In this document: positions 19,493 through 28,440 of the stretch, in pieces
Layout of the letters: every line of letters begins with the position of its first letter
How positions within the stretch are numbered: the stretch's first letter is position 1
DNA from: Candidatus Latescibacterota bacterium
GTDB taxonomy: Bacteria; Latescibacterota; UBA2968
Reading direction: 5' to 3'
Length of the DNA stretch: 64,000 nt
NCBI GenBank assembly: GCA_965222605.1
Contig: OZ244960.1
Coordinates: 1,504,001 to 1,568,000, forward strand
The notes under the pieces: generated by a model
The model's input: the letters and a program-made list of their open reading frames with translations, nothing else
The model's database searches: none
Told to the model about the DNA's origin: nothing
Program-made: the position numbers and the translations under genes

Positions 19493-20647
19493 CTAAAAAA
19501 GACCATACTCTTGCTTCAATCTTTGAATCCGATTAAAGGATTCGCAAATGCGTTCTTCTTCAACAACGCCATCTGCTACTGCCTGTACAATGGCATTTTT
19601 TACATCGTACACCTGTTCAATATTGTATTCCCCAATCTGGTTGGCGAGCAAGATCATATCAACACCTGCTTTTATAGCTTCAACAGCCGCCTCTGCCAAC
19701 CCATACGCTTCAACAATCGCCCCCATTTGCATATCATCGGAAATAATGACCCCATCAAAACCCATCTCATTCCTGAGGATCTTCGTCATAATATCATGCG
19801 ACAAAGTTGCCGGTCTTCCACTTTTATCGAGCTCCCGATTGACAATATGCGCGGTAATAATCGGATCGTCATAGCCTTTTTGGATAAATTTTTGATACGG
19901 CAAAAGCTCTTTTACACGTTGGTATGTCTCCGTGACATCGGTAACACCGAGATGTGTATCGCCCGCCGCACTTCCGTGTCCGGGAAAGTGTTTCAGAGTC
20001 GGTATCACCTGCCGCGCTCGGTGTGCGTTGACAAACGCATTGGCATGCGCTACCACAGCCCTCGGCACATCGCTAAATGACCGTTCTATCGCGCCAATAG
20101 CCGGACTTTTGGGATCTATATTTACATCGACAACCGGAGCAAAATTCCAGTTAATCCCCATATCTTTCAATTCGCGTGCAAGTGCGCCTGCCACTCTTTT
20201 TGTCCTACCTGAGGACTTCCTGCCGAGTTTTTGAGCAGAAGGCACAGATACAGCAAATCCATACTCCTTTTTTAGTCGATTGACATACCCACCTTCTGCG
20301 TCAACCGCGATAAAATAGGGCACGGTTGCGACAGCCTGAAGCGCTGAGGTCAATGCGCGAAGTTGCCGCGGGGACGTGATATTCCGCACCACCTCACCTT
20401 TGCTCGGCAGATCGTAGTCAAAAAGCACCACCCCACCGGGTTGAATATCCCGCAGTATCGCCGCGATATCCCCATCTAAAACATCACCGCGAAAACCGAT
20501 CATCAGCATCTGCCCCACTGCTTCCTCTAACGCGGGGAAGTCAGGGTGAAGCTTATGAGACCGCGTCATTGGCTCCAAAAAATTCTCTTTGAACGCAAAC
20601 GTCGCGCCTTCGCCCTCCTGAATCGGAATTTCAAAATCAGCGGGCAT
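19493..20647 (-). CDS. GH3 beta-N-acetylhexosaminidase (NagZ-like)
   Basis: AVDAEGG, NFAPVVD, ERSFS, KHFPGHG, DTH, ISDDMQM; start overlaps the SDR stop (TGATG). Confidence 0.85.
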   Translation of the reverse strand: MPADFEIPIQEGEGATFAFKENFLEPMTRSHKLHPDFPALEEAVGQMLMIGFRGDVLDGDIAAILRDIQPGGVVLFDYDLPSKGEVVRNITSPRQLRALTSALQAVATVPYFIAVDAEGGYVNRLKKEYGFAVSVPSAQKLGRKSSGRTKRVAGALARELKDMGINWNFAPVVDVNIDPKSPAIGAIERSFSDVPRAVVAHANAFVNAHRARQVIPTLKHFPGHGSAAGDTHLGVTDVTETYQRVKELLPYQKFIQKGYDDPIITAHIVNRELDKSGRPATLSHDIMTKILRNEMGFDGVIISDDMQMGAIVEAYGLAEAAVEAIKAGVDMILLANQIGEYNIEQVYDVKNAIVQAVADGVVEEERICESFNRIQRLKQEYGLF

Positions 20648-21477
20648 CACACCATATCCTCCAACCCCTGATCCCTCATCTTCCTCTTCACCAGCCACTC
20701 GACAATTTTGGGATGAATCAATTGAAGCCAGGGCAATGCGCGGTGATGCCGGGGAAGCACCAATTCGCGCTTCTGTTTTCGCATCGCTTTCAAAATTGCC
20801 ATGCAACAATATGTAAGAGAAATCGACTCTTTGTTGTGCCGCTGTGAGGAATCGCCCAATGCTTCACCATCTTTCCCAAAGGCGTGCTGTCTCAAATTCG
20901 TCCCCTCAAGCCAATGCGGCAATACCGTCAACACATGCACCTCTTCCACTTCCAGACGCAGAGCGTTTAGAAAACCCAGCACCGCGTGCTTTGACGCCCC
21001 ATATCCCGTATGCAAAGGCACGCCAAATTTCCCCTGCACAGAGGCAATACCTACGATCATACCCTTCGAAACTTTCAAATGTGGCAATGCCGCATGCACA
21101 CAATAAACCAGACCGAGATAATTGGTCTCCATCAGCTTGCGAAACATCCCCAAATCTTCTACCTCGTCAAACCGCGCCCACATACTGATCCCGGCATTGG
21201 CAATCAAATAATCTATGCGGTCAAATGCTGCAATCGTCGCCTCAATCAATTGCTCGCAATCTTCGATCCGTGTAACATCCCCCACCACTGTCACCACCTG
21301 TGCGCCCAACCCCCGACACTGCTCAGCCGTCTCGCCTAACTTTTCCTCTCGCCGAGCAAACAATGCCAGATGTGCGCCCTGTTTCGCCAATTCCAGAGCC
21401 AATGCAGCCCCAAGCCCCGAAGACGCGCCTGTAATAATCGCTACCTTATCGCAAAACATTGCGCCATTCAAAATCAA
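20647..21477 (-). CDS. Short-chain dehydrogenase/reductase, DHRS7/DHRS7B-like (candidate acyl/alkyl-DHAP reductase)
   Basis: TGASSGLG, NAGIS, METNYLG, ASVQGK, YGASKHA; the SDR call is secure, the substrate is inferred. Confidence 0.8.
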   Translation of the reverse strand: MILNGAMFCDKVAIITGASSGLGAALALELAKQGAHLALFARREEKLGETAEQCRGLGAQVVTVVGDVTRIEDCEQLIEATIAAFDRIDYLIANAGISMWARFDEVEDLGMFRKLMETNYLGLVYCVHAALPHLKVSKGMIVGIASVQGKFGVPLHTGYGASKHAVLGFLNALRLEVEEVHVLTVLPHWLEGTNLRQHAFGKDGEALGDSSQRHNKESISLTYCCMAILKAMRKQKRELVLPRHHRALPWLQLIHPKIVEWLVKRKMRDQGLEDMV

Positions 21478-21513
21478 TAATTCCTCTCTATTTAGCTATA
21501 TTGAGGAGGTCTG

Positions 21514-21816
21514 TTAAATGAATCCATCCCGTACAGCCTGGCTTTCAAGTGCTCGTTCGAAACTAACGAGGCGGCGAATGAGACTGTTGTAGCGGGAGTG
21601 CGTATCTCCAGGATATATGGCACCAAGAGCCTTATAGAGCGCGAGTTCCGGCTGGTCTGGCAACGCCACCTGGGGAACCTCCAAACCAGCCGCACGCAGA
21701 CGTGTCGCACCAATGGCGACGAGCAAGGCTTCGACCGTCATCTCACCGCGCTGCAACGCTTCAATGCCCGACATTACGAGATCTGCACCGGGCAAATTTT
21801 GGGGGACTCTATTCAT
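21514..21816 (-). CDS. Hypothetical protein, partner of the DUF6036-like nucleotidyltransferase
   Basis: ATGA overlap with the upstream gene; EALLVAIGATRL...HSRYNSLIRRLVSFERAL. Confidence 0.7.
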   Translation of the reverse strand: MNRVPQNLPGADLVMSGIEALQRGEMTVEALLVAIGATRLRAAGLEVPQVALPDQPELALYKALGAIYPGDTHSRYNSLIRRLVSFERALESQAVRDGFI

Positions 21817-22346
21817 TGCTCCTCCATCGCGTTCACCGCATTCTGCACCTTCTCGCGGAAACACGCAGCATCAATCGCGGGATAACGCACCAAACCAGGC
21901 TCAATCGCGTCAAAGAGCGCGATCAGGCGCATCGGCTCAATCAACTGTTCCCGGTGCATCGCCTCGACATCGCGCAGGTCCTGTTCATGCCCGCGCTCAA
22001 TCTTCGCGAGTGCCTGCGCGTAGAAGTCATAATGAAAAAAATCGACCGCCCCGTATCGAGCGATGAACGCGCTCCGCTCTTGCCAGTTGGGAAGGGGAGG
22101 AATAAAATCATCGGGAGCCGCCAACTCGACATTTATGTTTAAGATATTCTTAGCGCGAGCGATCGCATCAAAAACACCGATGGGTTCCGGATCGAGCTTG
22201 AGATCGACATCTACAGTGGTCGCTCGCCAGCCCAGCAGCACCGCTGAACTCCCTCCAACGAGATAAATTCGGCCTTCGCCTCGTGCCTCTGCACCGAGAC
22301 GCCTCATGAGTTCCTGCACCTTCAGGGCATCGGTCGTTTCTCGCAT
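21813..22346 (-). CDS. DUF6036-like nucleotidyltransferase
   Basis: IYLVGGSSAVLLGWRATTVDVD, QALAKIERGHEQDLRD. Confidence 0.8.
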   Translation of the reverse strand: MRETTDALKVQELMRRLGAEARGEGRIYLVGGSSAVLLGWRATTVDVDLKLDPEPIGVFDAIARAKNILNINVELAAPDDFIPPLPNWQERSAFIARYGAVDFFHYDFYAQALAKIERGHEQDLRDVEAMHREQLIEPMRLIALFDAIEPGLVRYPAIDAACFREKVQNAVNAMEEQ

Positions 22347-22374
22347 GGTATTGGCGTTCCTCTCACTGTCATTT

Positions 22375-24207
22375 TCAATCCCCAAACGCGCCATTGCCAA
22401 TGGCAAAAATATTATTTGGATCCATAGCCTTTTTCATTTGCCGCAGCACTGCAATGCTATTTTCGCTTTGAATCTGAGACAAAAATCCACTGCGGAGCTT
22501 GCCCACGCCGTGATGGTGCGACAAAGACCCGCCGTGGTCTAAAATCTCCTGCCGCAACTGGTGCTCAATCTTGTGATAAACGCCAACCGCATCCTCAAGC
22601 CCCTGTGCGCAAAAACCCATGGTAAAATAAATGCACACACCCGTGTGATAGGTCTGTGTCACGCGATAGGCCAGAAAGGGTTTGCCCGGCACGCTGTATT
22701 CTTCACACAAAGCAATTAGCTTCTTTTCCACCGCACCAATAACATCGTGAATATTAGTCCACGGCACAGAAGTTTCAAATGTCTCGCCCAAAATGTGAAA
22801 CTGAGTAAAAAAATCGCGAATATACGCAATCCCAAACGTCAGCATATACCCCCGCTCGCCACGGCTCGCCCCGCCCGAAATACCGCCGTACTTCTTCACC
22901 AAACGAAAAATCGTCTTTGCCTGCTGCCTGACCTCGTCTTTTGTCCCTTCCATCACAATCGTACAAGCCACCATCTGCTCTGGATCAAAACCCTTGACCT
23001 TAAACAAAAAAAATCGCTGAATACCTTGCTGGAGCTTCTCGAACCCTTTCGCCTCGGGCTTCAGCGCCTGCCCAAGATGAAATTCCGTATTGTTCACCAG
23101 CCGAATACTCGCCGGAATTTGCCCCGTCTGCCGAAGTGCCTTTAAGTAATCTACACCCCGTTCAAATGACGGAAACACCAGCGAGCCAAACGCCTGTGCT
23201 TCGGGCTGTTTGTGAATCTTCATAGTCGCCCGGGTAATAATCCCCAAATTGCCCTCACTACCAAACAAAAACGACCTGGGCTGCACACCTGTCGAATTGC
23301 GCGGCGTCGCATGGTGAGTCTCCACCTCCCCCGTTGGCGTCACCAGCGTGGCCTCTATCACAATATCCTCAATATTGCCATACCGATTCTTTTTCATACC
23401 ACTGGCATTGGTCGCAATCCATCCCCCCAGAGTTGAAAACTCCAAACTATCTGGATCGTGTCCCGACGTGTACCCCCGCTCATTCAGCGCAATCTCCAAT
23501 TGCTTACCCGAAATACCCGCTTGCACACACGCTTGAAAATTCTCTTCATCCACCTGTACAATGCGATTCATGCGACGCATATCCACCGACGCGACCATTC
23601 GCGTCTCTAAAGTCGGAATTGCGAGCGCACCGCTCACATTCGTCCCGCCGCCATAGGGCACCAGCACCACATTGTGATCATTTGCAAGTTGGACAATAGC
23701 CTGAATATCCGCGTCTTCCTCCGGGAACAACACCACATCCACCAGGCGTTCGGGAGGTCGATGGTACGAAATTTGATAAACCTCATCCACACTCAACTGC
23801 CCGTGACTATGCACCAGACGCTCTATGTCCTCCTGAGAAACGCCATCTTCATCGAGTGCCTCGCGCACCGCCCTCAAAAATTCATCATTTGCCACGGGTT
23901 TGGGCAAATCGCGGTGCTCGACCTCCTGCCCCATATCTTCGAGCCTGATCGGCAAATCAAGCACCTTTTCGACAAAAGGCAAAAAATACGGCATCCGATA
24001 GCCACACAACGGATATCGCGTTCCCGTCACCTGCACAGTCCTGTCATCGTCAAACTCAAACCGCGTATCCTTATACCCCCACTTGTGTGCAAACCGCTCG
24101 CCTTCTGTCCCCTCAGAAAAACGGTCTTTACTGGCAAAAGCGCGACGCCCTCGAACGAGCAAAAATACCAGCACCAATAAAAAAGCGACAACCATCAGTT
24201 CATTCAT
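22375..24207 (-). CDS. Alkyl-dihydroxyacetone-phosphate synthase (AGPS-like, FAD-linked) with N-terminal membrane anchor
   Basis: GHDPDSLEFSTLGGWIATNASGMKKNRYGNIED, GSEGNLGI, PASIRLVNN, LTFGIAYIRD, GETFETSVPW, RVTQTY, GGSLSHHHGVGKLR, all recalled as matching metazoan AGPS. Confidence 0.88.
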   Translation of the reverse strand: MNELMVVAFLLVLVFLLVRGRRAFASKDRFSEGTEGERFAHKWGYKDTRFEFDDDRTVQVTGTRYPLCGYRMPYFLPFVEKVLDLPIRLEDMGQEVEHRDLPKPVANDEFLRAVREALDEDGVSQEDIERLVHSHGQLSVDEVYQISYHRPPERLVDVVLFPEEDADIQAIVQLANDHNVVLVPYGGGTNVSGALAIPTLETRMVASVDMRRMNRIVQVDEENFQACVQAGISGKQLEIALNERGYTSGHDPDSLEFSTLGGWIATNASGMKKNRYGNIEDIVIEATLVTPTGEVETHHATPRNSTGVQPRSFLFGSEGNLGIITRATMKIHKQPEAQAFGSLVFPSFERGVDYLKALRQTGQIPASIRLVNNTEFHLGQALKPEAKGFEKLQQGIQRFFLFKVKGFDPEQMVACTIVMEGTKDEVRQQAKTIFRLVKKYGGISGGASRGERGYMLTFGIAYIRDFFTQFHILGETFETSVPWTNIHDVIGAVEKKLIALCEEYSVPGKPFLAYRVTQTYHTGVCIYFTMGFCAQGLEDAVGVYHKIEHQLRQEILDHGGSLSHHHGVGKLRSGFLSQIQSENSIAVLRQMKKAMDPNNIFAIGNGAFGD

Positions 24208-24228
24208 CACATACCTCACAAAATGTTT

Positions 24229-26175
24229 TCAAGACTCTTCCGGATTCAACAACGTCGCAATATGCACCGCTTGAAACAGCGCGGCAGCCTCGGACTGAAT
24301 CCGCAGCGACCGTCTTTTGGGCAACAGGGTCGTCTCCCCCAGCATCGGCGGCGAAACCCACACATCAACTTGCCCCGGATTGATATTGATATTGCCCTTT
24401 GGACACTTGGGCCACAGCGCGTGAAGCCCGCGGTACGCAATCGGCACAATCACCACATCCTGGGGCAATTGTGCAAACACTCCGTGTTGAAGCGGAAATT
24501 GCTGAACTGCAAAAGCCGCCGTCGTCGCCATGGGATAAATAACGCCCGGACGCTCTGTCAATGCCTGTGCCACGCGCTGTGTCGTATGGCCCGCAGCATG
24601 GGATCGCTCGAGCATCACATAGCCATCGACATTTTCCAGAATCTGATCAAATACCTCAGACGTCATCCCAAACTGCGTAATCTGTTTCGACCCAATTTTA
24701 ATACCCGAGCGCGCCAGCCCAGTACGCGCCAGAATCACACAAGGTTCGGGTCTTTCCCATCCCATCGCGTCCAAAAATTCTCGAGACTGCAAAACCTTGT
24801 ACAAAACGGGATGGTCAAACAAACTCTGATGCGTCGGCAAAAAAATAAGACGCCGATCTTCCGCATCGGCTCCCAAATCTCGTACAATGGCTTCAAAATG
24901 GGGATCGATATAAACATCAACGCTAATATCAAAAATATCCAGCGTGCGACGTCCCCAATCGAGCCAGGTGCGCCATCCGGCTTCGCGGCGACGGATGGGA
25001 TCGGCTTCTTTTTCCAACAATTTCTTTTTTTGACGTCCCACCTTGAGCGAAGTCCCCATCCACCGGGCAAAACGCATTCCTCGCTGCAACTTCGAAAATT
25101 GCCCCCGACGTCCGACATTGGGATATTCCAAAAATCGTCCTCGCGCCGTATCTGCGAGCAAAGCGGGAATTTCTATACGCGAAACTTTTTGTCCAACACG
25201 ATCGATTTGCGCGTTCACATCGCATATCAGCTTAACTGACAAATCAATCATATCCCGCGTCAAATAACTATACTCCTGCCCATACCAATACAGCCTGGGA
25301 CGCAACTTGGTGGGATCCTCCTGATGCGCGTGCAAAAATTCAATCAACAACGCCTTGATGTGCAACACATCATCATCTATCCCATCCAGACCCACATCGC
25401 TCACCTCGCGCAACCGCGCCAAAGCCACTTCCGCATCCACAATAACCTTCCACACCGACACACCAAACCAGCCAAAATTTGTCAAATAATTATACCGCGT
25501 TGACAGCAACCCCCCCGCAGCGATCAAATTGAGCGTGCGCTGTGCCACATCTTGCAGCAAATCGCGCAAAGATCCCTCAATCCGCTCGCCATCTCGTTCA
25601 CAACTGTACTCCTCGGCCCAGTGTGCGTCCTCATCCACCGCCACATTGCCAAGAGCCTCTGCAACGGCGCGGGCGTGCGACATCGGCACCTGTGTAATAT
25701 GCACCTGAGCCAGTGCCTCTTCCACGGCTTCGGGCGCGTGTAACTCCGCCTGTGCCAGAGCCTTCAAATACAGAGACTGATACAACTTCAAAAAATCTTT
25801 CGCATCCCCGCGCCCTCGTTCGACAAATTGTCGCCTGAGTTGCAAATAAATTCGGCTGCCCGTGTGATATTGCGGAAGCAACTCCGAAAAAGGCCGATAC
25901 GCCTCGTCCAAACGCTCATTGCGAACCTCGGGCAGGCCCCGAAAAATCGCATCCACAAGCTGCGCGCGAAATTGCAGTGCCTCCATATCCATCGCCCCGC
26001 TCTGACTTTTGGGCCAGATCAGCGCATCTGGATCGAACTCGTCAAAATAGCCATCGTGACGCACGGCTTCGAGCATAAGCTGAACCGATTGGTCATAAAT
26101 AGCCAACATCTGCTCCAGATCGTCGAGCAGTGTTTCGTGCAATGGACGAGTATCTGATTTATCGCGTGTAGTCAT
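24229..26175 (-). CDS. Large PlsC-fold acyltransferase with an ~400-aa unknown N-terminal region (candidate DHAP acyltransferase)
   Basis: IFLPTHQSLFDHP (HxxxxD), IYPMATT (divergent motif III), VVIVPIAYRG; lies between FAR and AGPS. Confidence 0.65.
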   Translation of the reverse strand: MTTRDKSDTRPLHETLLDDLEQMLAIYDQSVQLMLEAVRHDGYFDEFDPDALIWPKSQSGAMDMEALQFRAQLVDAIFRGLPEVRNERLDEAYRPFSELLPQYHTGSRIYLQLRRQFVERGRGDAKDFLKLYQSLYLKALAQAELHAPEAVEEALAQVHITQVPMSHARAVAEALGNVAVDEDAHWAEEYSCERDGERIEGSLRDLLQDVAQRTLNLIAAGGLLSTRYNYLTNFGWFGVSVWKVIVDAEVALARLREVSDVGLDGIDDDVLHIKALLIEFLHAHQEDPTKLRPRLYWYGQEYSYLTRDMIDLSVKLICDVNAQIDRVGQKVSRIEIPALLADTARGRFLEYPNVGRRGQFSKLQRGMRFARWMGTSLKVGRQKKKLLEKEADPIRRREAGWRTWLDWGRRTLDIFDISVDVYIDPHFEAIVRDLGADAEDRRLIFLPTHQSLFDHPVLYKVLQSREFLDAMGWERPEPCVILARTGLARSGIKIGSKQITQFGMTSEVFDQILENVDGYVMLERSHAAGHTTQRVAQALTERPGVIYPMATTAAFAVQQFPLQHGVFAQLPQDVVIVPIAYRGLHALWPKCPKGNININPGQVDVWVSPPMLGETTLLPKRRSLRIQSEAAALFQAVHIATLLNPEES

Positions 26176-26194
26176 GAGAGTTACTCAAAAAAGA

Positions 26195-27799
26195 CTAAAC
26201 ACCTGTCTTTAGCACATGGCGTTGCAAACCGGGAATATGAATATCTTTTACGTAAACGGGCCAATCTATGCGCGAAACATCACAATTAAAAATTTCTTTA
26301 TCTTCTGCATCCATGCTGTCAAATAGCCGATTCATATTGTCATTTTGAAACACGCAATCCAGAGAAATATAAGAGCCGTAAATATCGGTAAGCGACAGCG
26401 TATTTTCCAGCGTCGCATTCAAAATCGATAAATGGCGTTTGCGTTTTGAAACATTGCCCATCGGCACCCAATCCAGTGCCCATTGCAAAATTTTGAGTGG
26501 CAATAGATACTTATAGCGCAACTTTCGACGGAATTGTGACAGCGTCGGATAGGTCCACGGCGTCACTGCAATGGGTTTGCCATTGCGATCGCGCATTGGA
26601 TTGTTCACAAAATACTCATACACATACTGGACGAACTCACCCACCGTCACCGGGTTCTTTGCACTTGTTGTCACATGATAAACCTTCAAATCGGCATTTT
26701 TACGGATGGTAGGCAAAACACCGATAATCACATTGATAATAATATCCACGGGAATAACGTCTAAAACCGCTTCTGGACGCGCTGGAAAATCCGTCAAACG
26801 CCCCTTGCCGTAGTGTACAATAAGTGGGTCGGCCACTTTTAGTCCCTCCAGCCAGCCAGGCTCTGGATCGGACAAACTGCTCTCAATAATAGAAGGACGC
26901 ACGATCACGGTAGGCAAATCACCTCGGATCTTGGCAATCATCTGCTCACCCATGGCTTTGGTAAAAGAATAACTGTCGTGCCAGCCCAACTCTCGCCCGC
27001 GCTTTATGCCGCGCGCGACCATTTGTTCCCGCACCCAGCGCTGGCGCAAAGCCTCCAACTGATGTTCCCGTCGATGCGCTGTAACGCGCTTGCCACGATC
27101 CTGTCGGTCGAGCAACCGCGTAAATTCCGCAAATCGCTCGGGGCTTCGCGACGCCGCCTCTACTTCGCGGCTATACGCCAAAATATCTTCAACCTCCGAA
27201 TCCAGACTATAATCGGGCGCGCGACCATTTCCCATCTGTTGTGCCACCGTTTGATCGGGCACGGGCGCGTTTTCAGAAATGACCCTCTTTTGCCGCCCAT
27301 TGACATAAGCCGTTGAAACATGCACGAGCACAGCATCTCGACACGCTTTGGCAAATTCGACAACGCGCTTGGCCCCAAGTGTATTTTGCGCCAAAGCCAG
27401 ATCCAGTGGTGCGTCAAAAACCACATTGGCCGCGCTGTTAATCACAACATCGACTTCACGGGTCAACCGCGCATATGTCTCGGCATCCATGCCGAGGTGA
27501 TCTTGTGTCAAATCGCTCGGCACGGCAATGACTTTTTCGCGCATCACAGCATCAAAACGATCCCCGAGTTCTGCGCGCAATCGCGCAAAAGCACCAGATT
27601 GCAAAATCTCCTTTTGCAGTCGGTCTTCGGCACTAATGGGCTTGCCCCCTCCCCGCCTTTGAGGTCGCACCATAAGATAAATGCGCCCAACATCTGGCAC
27701 CTGACAAAGGATTTTTCCCACCAATCCCTTGGCCAGAAAACCAGTTGCACCCGTAACAAAAAGAACCTTGTGGTTCAAAAATGGAATAACAACACTCAT
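26195..27799 (-). CDS. Alcohol-forming fatty acyl-CoA reductase (FAR, male-sterility family)
   Basis: VTGATGFLAK, INSAANV, HVSTAYV, YSFTKAMGE, IVRPSIIES, PEPGW, DVIPVD; C-terminal Sterile-like domain (IDWPVY...HIPGL). Confidence 0.9.
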   Translation of the reverse strand: MSVVIPFLNHKVLFVTGATGFLAKGLVGKILCQVPDVGRIYLMVRPQRRGGGKPISAEDRLQKEILQSGAFARLRAELGDRFDAVMREKVIAVPSDLTQDHLGMDAETYARLTREVDVVINSAANVVFDAPLDLALAQNTLGAKRVVEFAKACRDAVLVHVSTAYVNGRQKRVISENAPVPDQTVAQQMGNGRAPDYSLDSEVEDILAYSREVEAASRSPERFAEFTRLLDRQDRGKRVTAHRREHQLEALRQRWVREQMVARGIKRGRELGWHDSYSFTKAMGEQMIAKIRGDLPTVIVRPSIIESSLSDPEPGWLEGLKVADPLIVHYGKGRLTDFPARPEAVLDVIPVDIIINVIIGVLPTIRKNADLKVYHVTTSAKNPVTVGEFVQYVYEYFVNNPMRDRNGKPIAVTPWTYPTLSQFRRKLRYKYLLPLKILQWALDWVPMGNVSKRKRHLSILNATLENTLSLTDIYGSYISLDCVFQNDNMNRLFDSMDAEDKEIFNCDVSRIDWPVYVKDIHIPGLQRHVLKTGV

Positions 27800-27868
27800 A
27801 AAAAGACCCCGGCGTCCAAAAAAATTAAAACGCAACAGCGCGAAAAAGTATCTCCTCAAAGTGCCCTA

Positions 27869-27897
27869 ATTAAAGACGTACATTGGACTTGTGTCAA
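27869..27897 (-). promoter_or_regulatory. Sigma-70 promoter for the FAR-acyltransferase-AGPS operon
   Basis: Minus strand TTGACA-17 bp-TTTAAT. Confidence 0.65.
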
Positions 27898-27945
27898 CCT
27901 CTTTCTCAGGCAGTTCACAAGCGCAAATCCTTATCAAAAATGAGG

Positions 27946-27974
27946 TTGACAAAAAAAAGGCCAACTCCTATCTT
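27946..27974 (+). promoter_or_regulatory. Sigma-70 promoter for the ndk-fab operon
   Basis: TTGACA-17 bp-TATCTT. Confidence 0.65.
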
Positions 27975-28025
27975 GTCCATCTTCAGGCCGGTATAAGCCG
28001 TATTTCTCCACACGGAGTTTTATGC

Positions 28026-28424
28026 ATGGAATGCACCCTGCTCATCGTCAAACCCGACGCTGTTGCACAAAATGTAATCGGTGAAATCATTCGCCGTCTC
28101 GAAGAAAAAAAATTTCGGATTGTAGATCTGAAAATGGTTCGCCTCACGCGCAAACAGGCCGCCGAGTTTTATGCAGTACATCGCCAACGGCCTTTTTACA
28201 ACGACCTGCTCGATTTTATGACCTCTGGCCCCTGTGTGCCCATGGCACTCAAACGAGACAACGCCGTCGCATTTTTGCGCGAAGCCATTGGCAGCACCAA
28301 TCCCGAAGAAGCCGCAGAAGGCACCATTCGCAAAGACTTTTCAACCGATATTCAAAACAATGCCGTACACGCCTCAGATTCACTGGAAAACGCGGCCAAA
28401 GAAGTGGCTTTCTTTTTTGAGTAA
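28026..28424 (+). CDS. ndk: Nucleoside diphosphate kinase
   Basis: TLLIVKPDAV, FYAVH, FMTSGP, GTIR, NAVHASDS. Confidence 0.95.
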   Translation: MECTLLIVKPDAVAQNVIGEIIRRLEEKKFRIVDLKMVRLTRKQAAEFYAVHRQRPFYNDLLDFMTSGPCVPMALKRDNAVAFLREAIGSTNPEEAAEGTIRKDFSTDIQNNAVHASDSLENAAKEVAFFFE

Positions 28425-28440
28425 AGCGGTCAACTACCTT

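Noticed and set aside
22375-24207. Generic glycolate oxidase/D-lactate dehydrogenase call
   Set aside because: HHHGVG, ASGMKKNRYG and ETSVPW, plus the adjacent FAR, fit AGPS rather than GlcD (typically EHGIG).
24223-25239. 338-aa plus-strand ORF
   Set aside because: Antisense shadow of the acyltransferase; no recognisable motifs.
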